A DNA stretch of 64,000 bases from an uncultured Alphaproteobacteria bacterium (GTDB lineage Bacteria > Pseudomonadota > Alphaproteobacteria > RF32 > CAG-239). The notes under the pieces were generated by a model. It was not told the origin of the DNA. It did not search any database and was given only the letters and a program-made list of their open reading frames with translations. Made by a program: the position numbers and the translations under genes. Below, one piece after another: positions 57,984 through 64,000 of the stretch; within the stretch, counting starts at the first letter, position 1; each line of letters begins with the position of its first letter. Location: contig CALXUQ010000002.1 of NCBI GenBank assembly GCA_944391725.1, positions 3,590 through 67,589 of the forward strand, given 5' to 3'.

Positions 57984-58017
57984 AAAAAAGACGACCTTTA
58001 GGGTCGTTTTTTTTATA
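57984..58017 (+). terminator. terminator after tRNA-Ser (AAAAAAGACGACCtttaGGGTCGTTTTTTTT)
   Basis: A perfect hairpin is followed by T8. Confidence 0.7.
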
Positions 58018-58027
58018 ATTAGAGATA

Positions 58028-58152
58028 TGGATTGATTCGAACTCTGGGAGAAGAGTTCGACTACCAGCGAAAGGCGGACGAGAGTACGCCGGTGAGCTTT
58101 AAGCTCATGAGCGCCAGTGCAACTCAAGCAGCGCGCAGAGTAATCTCTGCCT
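58028..58152 (+). repeat. tRNA-Ser-associated composite repeat: inverted T-arm copy, hairpin, 75-nt core, then an 11-nt direct copy of the tRNA-Ser T-loop/acceptor strand
   Basis: Positions 58036-58049 (ATTCGAACTCTGGG) are the exact reverse complement of tRNA-Ser CCCAGAGTTCGAAT. Positions 58067-58141 are 95% identical to 1093-1167. Positions 58142-58152 (ATCTCTGCCTC) copy tRNA positions 57961-57971. Confidence 0.75.
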
Positions 58153-58175
58153 CAACTATAATGCAAATTGCTCAC

Positions 58176-58892
58176 TTATCTTAGGTGTTCTATGCCGGTC
58201 TTGACCACTTTGGCCGGATTGCCCGCAATTATGGTGTTTTCTTCTTTGAATTTTCTGCTCACTACACTTCCCATCGCAACGATTGTTTGATTGGGAATGG
58301 AAGCATTCTTGGTAAATTGACTGTTTTGGCAGATCCAACAGTTATCACCTATCATTACTTCGTATTTTTGATTGTTGATAATTTTATTGCTAGCTTTGTC
58401 TATAATTGTATGTCCATCAGCGGTCCAAATAGTGATGTTTTTGGAAAAAAGTGCCCGATTACCAATCCAACACGAGGTTTCATTTCTTATAACTAATTCT
58501 AATCCCCAAATACTTGCTTCTTCCCCTATATGACAATGTTGGTTTTGTCCGTCGCAACATTTAATTAATGTATTGCGAATTTTTCCGTTGCGACCAATAT
58601 CTATTTGGCAATTATTGCCGGTGCATTTTATGATTGAATTTTCAAATATACACGGAAATCCAATCTTGATGAGGTTGTTTGTTCCCCTTAAGATTATTTT
58701 TAGTCCTTTTATACGGCCAAATCGCAGCCTTTTTTCTCCTTTGGAGCTTACTAAAAAAATTTGGTTGTGAGAACCGCTAATAAGGTACATGCCGGGAATG
58801 AGTGAAGTTAAGTGTTTTAGTTTGTGTCGAAAATTGCGACGTTGTGCTTGGGGAATGAATATACTCAATAAATTGAAAATCAGTTTAAGCAT
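58176..58892 (-). CDS. hexapeptide-repeat (left-handed beta-helix) acyltransferase
   Basis: Imperfect hexad repeats run through the C-terminal half (IGDNCWICQNSQFTKNASIPNQTIVAMGSVV). The gene is AT-rich relative to flanking core genes. Confidence 0.6.
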   Translation of the reverse strand: MLKLIFNLLSIFIPQAQRRNFRHKLKHLTSLIPGMYLISGSHNQIFLVSSKGEKRLRFGRIKGLKIILRGTNNLIKIGFPCIFENSIIKCTGNNCQIDIGRNGKIRNTLIKCCDGQNQHCHIGEEASIWGLELVIRNETSCWIGNRALFSKNITIWTADGHTIIDKASNKIINNQKYEVMIGDNCWICQNSQFTKNASIPNQTIVAMGSVVSRKFKEENTIIAGNPAKVVKTGIEHLR

Positions 58893-58949
58893 TGGTTTCC
58901 TCCATCCAAAATAAAATGAAACCCACCAATTTTTGGTGGGCGGATGTTC

Positions 58950-59085
58950 AGAAACCGTAATACAATTAGAACGGCTCGACCTATTTGGCTCGTAGCCTTA
59001 TTCAGCCGACATCCGTCCGTGACAGAAATCGGCATGATTGTTTAAAGTCGGCATGCTCTGCGACTAATTGTATTAAGGGTTCTGA
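58950..59085. repeat. imperfect inverted repeat pair (~22 bp arms) enclosing ~85 bp
   Basis: TCAGAAACCGTAATACAATTAG (58950-58971) matches CTAATTGTATTAAGGGTTCTGA (59064-59085); the 12-nt core TAATACAATTAG is a perfect palindromic match. Confidence 0.55.
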
Positions 59086-59344
59086 CGCCCTGAACTTAAT
59101 ATTTTTAAGTCTGATTTGAACTTATTCTAAAAATTTTATCAATTCAAGTGATTTTTAATTGTGACATTAATTAATTGTTTGGAAAAATTATAACTCAGGT
59201 GTGTTCTTGTATAATATAAAGTTTTTTGTTGTATAAAACTTAATTATATTCTGGAAATTTGTGTGGTTAGTTGTTATAACCAAGTTAGTGTTTGGCTTTT
59301 TTTGTATAAAATTAGCTATGCTCTGGACTAATTGAGGATTATAT

Positions 59345-60199
59345 ATGACTAAAATTTCTGTACTTATGCCGGTGTATAAAACTCCTGAAACTTATTTGCG
59401 GGAGGCGATTGAAAGTATCTTAAATCAATCCTATAGTGATTTTGAACTGGTAATTTTAGATGATTGTCCTGATGATAATCGGGAACAAATCGTCAAATCT
59501 TATCGTGATAAACGTATAAAATATTTGCAAAATGAAAAAAATCTCGGAATTACGCCTAGTCGGAACAAATTGATTGCTCTTGCAAAAGGAGAATATTTGG
59601 CCATATTTGACCATGATGATATCTCTTTGCCGGACAGGCTTGCCAAACAAGCGGCCGTACTAGATGCTAACCCTGATATCGGGGTGGTCGGTTGCCAAGT
59701 GGAATTTTTTCAGAATCAATCTAGAATTAGTAAGTATCCTCAAAATGACCAAGATATCAAAGTTGCTTTGATGGCAACTTGCGCGCTTATTCATCCGGGG
59801 GCAATGCTCCGAAAAAAAGTGCTGACCGATAATCATATTGGCTATGAACAAGAGTTTTCTCCGTCTGAAGATTATCGCTTGTGGTGTAGGTTGATTCCAT
59901 TTACCAAATTTTACAATATTCCCGAAGTGTTACTGCGTTATCGGGACCATGATTGTAATACTTCTAAAATTCAAAAAGCTAAAATGGCAGCGGCAACTCG
60001 GGCAATTTTTGCACAGGTGCGTTCTGAAAATCCGGTTTTATACAATCGTTTCTTGATGGAGGCAACCAAAGTTTATCAATTTAATCTATTTGGGATTATC
60101 CCGATTGTGACAATTAAAATTCAGTTGATGCGTGCAAAAGTTTATTTATTCGGTGCTTTGTTGATTGCTTCTTGTAAGTGGTCGTGTAAAATCAGGTAA
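59345..60199 (+). CDS. family 2 glycosyltransferase
   Basis: ISVLMPVYKTPETYLREAIESILNQSYSDFELVILDDCPDD is the GT2 N-terminal signature with the DxD region. Confidence 0.8.
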   Translation: MTKISVLMPVYKTPETYLREAIESILNQSYSDFELVILDDCPDDNREQIVKSYRDKRIKYLQNEKNLGITPSRNKLIALAKGEYLAIFDHDDISLPDRLAKQAAVLDANPDIGVVGCQVEFFQNQSRISKYPQNDQDIKVALMATCALIHPGAMLRKKVLTDNHIGYEQEFSPSEDYRLWCRLIPFTKFYNIPEVLLRYRDHDCNTSKIQKAKMAAATRAIFAQVRSENPVLYNRFLMEATKVYQFNLFGIIPIVTIKIQLMRAKVYLFGALLIASCKWSCKIR

Positions 60200-60275
60200 G
60201 CATCATGATTGAAATTTTTACTATCAGACCTTGTGATAAAAAAAGGCTTCCTTCAAGGAAGCCTTTTTCTTATGC

Positions 60276-61670
60276 TTAGAACTTGCGAGCCGGTACACGG
60301 TTGCGCCAGTTGGCCTCAATTTTTTCGAGCGAAATACCTTTGGTTTCGGGAACGTAAAAGAAGACAAACAACAGGCACAAGACCGAAATCACTCCGAAAA
60401 TCCAGAATGTGTACCCCTCGCCTATCTTGGCTGTTAGTATCGGGAATGAGGATACCACAATCAGGTTGAAAGTGAAATTGGCAACCGTACAAACTCCCAT
60501 GGCAAAGCCGCGAATCTTTAAGGGCAGTACTTCTGAAACCATAATCCAACCAATCGGCCCTAAGCTGAAGGCAAAGCAAGCAATGTACACAACTACACTA
60601 CCAACAGCCACCCAGCGCAGGCTCTCGCCTAAAACATCGCCATAGCGGAAAGCAGTGCCTAAGCAGATGAGCGCAATCAGCATACCCCACAAGCCGGCAT
60701 AGAGCAAAGGTTTGCGTCCCCAGCGGTCGGCAAAGAAAATGGCCACCAAGGTCATCACAAAATTGACGGCACCGACACCGATGGTGGCATAGATTGCGCT
60801 GGTATTGGAGGCAAAACCGGCATTTTGGAAAATGGTGGCGGTGTAATATATAATCGTATTAATACCGGTGCAAATCTGGGAAAACATCATCCCGACGCCG
60901 ACAAAAATCGGCATCAACATCCAGCTTTGAAAGCTAATCTTGTTATTGCTACTGCTTTTTTCGGCAGCCAGATTTTCTTTAATTTCTTTTATGTGTTTGG
61001 TTACGCTTTGGTCAGGTTCAATTTTCTTAAACACGGCTTTGGCTTCGTCTTCGCGTTGTTTGCTCAACAGCCAGCGAGGAGTGTCTTCCAAGAAAATAAT
61101 ACCAACTAACAAGACCAAGGCCGGCAAAACCCCTGCTCCCATCATCCAGCGCCAGTTATACAAGGCTTCGGCAAAAGCGCCGTTGACCAAGTATGAGAAC
61201 AATATTCCGGCGGTAATTGCCAGTTGGAATAGTGATACCAACATACCGCGAATGCGCTGCGGGGCAATTTCTGATAAGTAAACCGGTACGACAAAGTTTA
61301 CCATACCAACGGCTACACCTATTAACATTCGAGAAATGACCAGCCAGGTGATATCGGGTGAAAATGCGCACATAAATGATGCAATAATAAATATTAATGC
61401 CGTGGCGACAATCACCTTCTTGCGGCCGTATAAGTCGGCTAAAAATCCGTTTCCGGCGGCTCCGATGATAGCACCGACAATGGCGGCGCTTACCAATAAG
61501 CTTTGCTGATTTTCGGCCAAGTTCCAATCGGATTTGATAAAGAGCATGGCGCCTGAAATTACACCCATATCGAATCCGGATAATAATCCGCCCAATGAGG
61601 CAACTATGGTGATGACATATAGCCAAAAGTGCTTCTTTAGCGTTGGGGTTGAGGAAGTGCGTATTTCCAT
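60276..61670 (-). CDS. MFS transporter, sugar porter family
   Basis: It has 12 TM helices, GRKKVIVATALIF (the G-R-[KR] loop), the PETKG motif and the ...DTPRWL... motif (PESPRWL-like). Confidence 0.8.
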   Translation of the reverse strand: MEIRTSSTPTLKKHFWLYVITIVASLGGLLSGFDMGVISGAMLFIKSDWNLAENQQSLLVSAAIVGAIIGAAGNGFLADLYGRKKVIVATALIFIIASFMCAFSPDITWLVISRMLIGVAVGMVNFVVPVYLSEIAPQRIRGMLVSLFQLAITAGILFSYLVNGAFAEALYNWRWMMGAGVLPALVLLVGIIFLEDTPRWLLSKQREDEAKAVFKKIEPDQSVTKHIKEIKENLAAEKSSSNNKISFQSWMLMPIFVGVGMMFSQICTGINTIIYYTATIFQNAGFASNTSAIYATIGVGAVNFVMTLVAIFFADRWGRKPLLYAGLWGMLIALICLGTAFRYGDVLGESLRWVAVGSVVVYIACFAFSLGPIGWIMVSEVLPLKIRGFAMGVCTVANFTFNLIVVSSFPILTAKIGEGYTFWIFGVISVLCLLFVFFYVPETKGISLEKIEANWRNRVPARKF

Positions 61671-61800
61671 GATCTAACCTTTCTATAATTGTTTGGATAG
61701 CATATATTATACTTATTCATTTAATGTTCTTCAACCCATAATGTATATAATAATAAGGCAAAGAGTAATATATCACCCTTTGCCTTGTGAGTAATTATTG

Positions 61801-62310
61801 TTAGTCCCAGACAATGTTGTCCAATTCTTCTACAGTTGTGGCTGCTTCAACCTGAGTTTTGAGTGTGGTTGCTTTTTCGTGGCAGCGGTTAGACCATTCT
61901 GCTAAGGCCACGACTAAGCCCATCAGTTCTTGCGCGGTCAAGTCAATCGTTGAGTTATCCTGACAAGTCCAGGTAATGGTTGGTGTTTCTTCGCTCATGA
62001 CAGATAGTTGCATGGCTTGAGCCGCACAGGTCATGCGGATACAAGATATTTCATCACTGTCAAATACCTTGCCCATATACTCAAAACCACCCTGCTCTGC
62101 CGCATCGCGCGCCTTGTTAATCTCGGCTCGTTTAGCAAGTTTTAGTTCCTCAAGCGGTTGCGTGGGACAAGTACTTTCAAAATAGTACCTGCCGTCATAG
62201 CCTTGCACGATTTTTTCTTCGGCTTGAAGAGCATTTTCATCATACTTATATCCGGCAAAGCTTGAAATTGTGCCATCATCATTAGCTATATAATAAATTT
62301 CTTCATTCAT
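61801..62310 (-). CDS. phage tail-fibre assembly/chaperone-like protein (DUF4376-type)
   Basis: It lies immediately downstream of a tail-fibre gene. Its central region KLAKRAEINKARDAAEQGGFEYMGKVFDSD matches the pattern I associate with DUF4376/Tfa proteins. Confidence 0.5.
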   Translation of the reverse strand: MNEEIYYIANDDGTISSFAGYKYDENALQAEEKIVQGYDGRYYFESTCPTQPLEELKLAKRAEINKARDAAEQGGFEYMGKVFDSDEISCIRMTCAAQAMQLSVMSEETPTITWTCQDNSTIDLTAQELMGLVVALAEWSNRCHEKATTLKTQVEAATTVEELDNIVWD

Positions 62311-62322
62311 GTGTTTAACTCC

Positions 62323-64000
62323 TTATACATAGGGATATAAAATGACGGTTGAAACGCTGGTAAACTCTATTTTATCGCCAGATTTTACAGGATAAGCCTC
62401 GGATGACTTTGTACCATCGAGCCCAGTCCATGTAGCTACCGTGACGGAATTAATTTTCAAATTGCCATTGTGAAAACCGCCGCCAGTGTTTTCATTTATC
62501 ACCAGCAATCCGTTTGTTGATGCGGTTGCCCCAGAGCTTATGGTTATTCCGGCAGAATAATTTACTTGTGCACCATAGTTTCTGACCCATTGGGTGGTAG
62601 CAATCTGAGTAGATTTATCTGTAGCAACCGGCGGTTTGATGCTATATGCATAACCGCTATTATCAATTCTTATTCCTCCAATGGTGGAACCGTTCTGCAC
62701 ATTTGCAAATGATGCAGAATTATCCCCATTATAATATTGTATTTTCGCATTGTTGTTTGTGTTTGCAGGGTCAACACATTGCATAATACTTACACCGTTA
62801 GGATTGCCAACAGTAATATTGCTAGTAAAAATCTTTTCGCCTTCAATGGTTTCATTGCCTGTTTTGTGGACTACCTCTTGGTCATCAGCAAGTTTAACCG
62901 GTAATTTAGGATTAAACGAAGTCACTCGACCGGTTGAGTCTGCGTTTAATGTACCAAATAACAAAAATTGTGCTGTTTTTATTCCGTTAAAATAGTTGTA
63001 ATTTTCTTGATTATTATGATAATAATTTTGACTATAAGTTAATGTTAATACGCTAGTTCCAGTAAAGTAAGCCAAGATTCCGTTATCTAAAGATACACCA
63101 TTGTTTATGGTTGTTACTTTCGTTGTCATAAACTTAGCATTATTTAAACTACCATCAGTATTTCTGCCGCTTGGTATAAGCCCTTCGACACCTGGTAATG
63201 AAAATATTGTTCTGCCGATATAGCCAAAGCCATTGAAGACTTGGTCGATTGAGGAAAATCCCGTGCCATTGGTGCTGAAAAGACCTAAGGGAAATGAAAT
63301 ATTACCACTTGTCCAATTTGAACCACCATCAGTAGTCCTTTTAATTAGATTATTTTTGGTATCATACCAGTACAAAAAGTTAGTACCAGATGGAGCGTCT
63401 GTACCTGAAAATACTTGAGTGGATAAAATTCTTTCCAATCTACCATCAATGTAAAATACAAATAAATTATTGTAATTTGTTGTATCTGTTAAGGATATAT
63501 CTGAATTAACTAAGATTTCCTTGAACACACCTGCACCATTTGGTATATACACCTTACTTCCTGCTTTTAACGTCAGCGTACCATCAACAAGCTCCAACAT
63601 AATGTCTTGAGGTATCTTAGTGATACAGTTGGTGATTTGGGTTTCGTTTAATGTGCCGTCAGTCACCGCTTTAGCATTTTCGGCCCAATATTTAGCACTT
63701 CCACTGGGCTGTTCTTGGATTGTACCAACCGCCCACTTGTGGGCTTCTTCTTTGCTAGTGGTAGCATTTTGTTCATGATTTTGAACTAAATTTTCTTTGT
63801 TGATTACATTTTGCTCAGCAGCCAAAACGGTTGTTTGGGTGTCTATCATCAGCTGTTCTAAATCGTCATACGCCAAATTTGAGTTGCGCAGAGAGATGCC
63901 GTTCTCGGCCCAGACAATGGCTTTGCCGATTTCGGGCTCGGGAAGGTTAACGCTTTGAGCGCTGCCTGAATATGGCGGAAAACTTACACTACGTCCGATT
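62323..64000 (-). CDS. phage-type tail fibre protein, 5'-truncated by the window edge (the listed ORF starts at an in-frame TTG, and the reading frame stays open to position 64000)
   Basis: The N-terminal region ...NATTSKEEAHKWAVGTIQEQPSGSAKYWAENAKA resembles the conserved fibre-shaft start of P2/Mu-type fibres. A Gly/Ser/Thr/Asn-rich beta-rich C-terminus follows. There is no in-frame stop between 63876 and 64000. Confidence 0.6.
   Translation of the reverse strand, partial: IGRSVSFPPYSGSAQSVNLPEPEIGKAIVWAENGISLRNSNLAYDDLEQLMIDTQTTVLAAEQNVINKENLVQNHEQNATTSKEEAHKWAVGTIQEQPSGSAKYWAENAKAVTDGTLNETQITNCITKIPQDIMLELVDGTLTLKAGSKVYIPNGAGVFKEILVNSDISLTDTTNYNNLFVFYIDGRLERILSTQVFSGTDAPSGTNFLYWYDTKNNLIKRTTDGGSNWTSGNISFPLGLFSTNGTGFSSIDQVFNGFGYIGRTIFSLPGVEGLIPSGRNTDGSLNNAKFMTTKVTTINNGVSLDNGILAYFTGTSVLTLTYSQNYYHNNQENYNYFNGIKTAQFLLFGTLNADSTGRVTSFNPKLPVKLADDQEVVHKTGNETIEGEKIFTSNITVGNPNGVSIMQCVDPANTNNNAKIQYYNGDNSASFANVQNGSTIGGIRIDNSGYAYSIKPPVATDKSTQIATTQWVRNYGAQVNYSAGITISSGATASTNGLLVINENTGGGFHNGNLKINSVTVATWTGLDGTKSSEAYPVKSGDKIEFTSVSTVILYPYV

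Overview
This 64 kb window looks like a chromosomal segment of a Gram-negative bacterium at roughly 40% GC. The gene content (standalone rpsD, DUF2155, RseC-ApbE-Rnf, TldD/PmbA, YejEF, a secreted ankyrin protein) fits best with a host-associated alphaproteobacterium, but this is inferred from motifs only, since no searches could be run. About 62 protein genes are supported. They include a 5'-truncated metG, a long-form U32 peptidase, a CobB sirtuin next to a GNAT, pip, tldD-pmbA, a 600-aa secreted ankyrin-repeat protein, a TPR-methyltransferase/NUDIX/GNAT operon, rpsD, an orphan yejEF pair behind a 1020-aa membrane protein with a long acidic tail, and nagA. The apbE-rseC-rnfBCDGEA cluster is complete. 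Also present are dsbD, an HD phosphohydrolase, a deaminase, an orphan PAS histidine kinase, a GldA/F/G-like ABC system with a DUF4340-like gene, two tandem MlaD paralogues plus DUF2155, trkH, and a conserved block of a DHH/DHHA1 phosphoesterase, MBL hydrolase, tatD, holB, tmk and three peptidoglycan enzymes. The most unusual feature is that three solitary tRNA genes (Val-TAC, Lys-CTT, Ser-TGA) are each followed by a strong hairpin terminator and then by members of a dispersed small-repeat family. Two loci carry a ~75-nt, 95%-identical core element with a compensatory base-pair change in a hairpin. That core is embedded in a partial copy of the neighbouring tRNA's 3' half, and an exact inverted copy of the same tRNA's T-arm sits just upstream of it. 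Downstream of tRNA-Ser the window ends in an AT-richer accessory block: a hexapeptide acyltransferase, a GT2 glycosyltransferase, an MFS sugar porter, and a phage-type tail-fibre gene with a DUF4376 tail-fibre-assembly-like partner. A 56-bp tandem repeat array also sits in a convergent intergenic region (21.7 kb). No CRISPR array, rRNA gene, integrase or transposase is visible.
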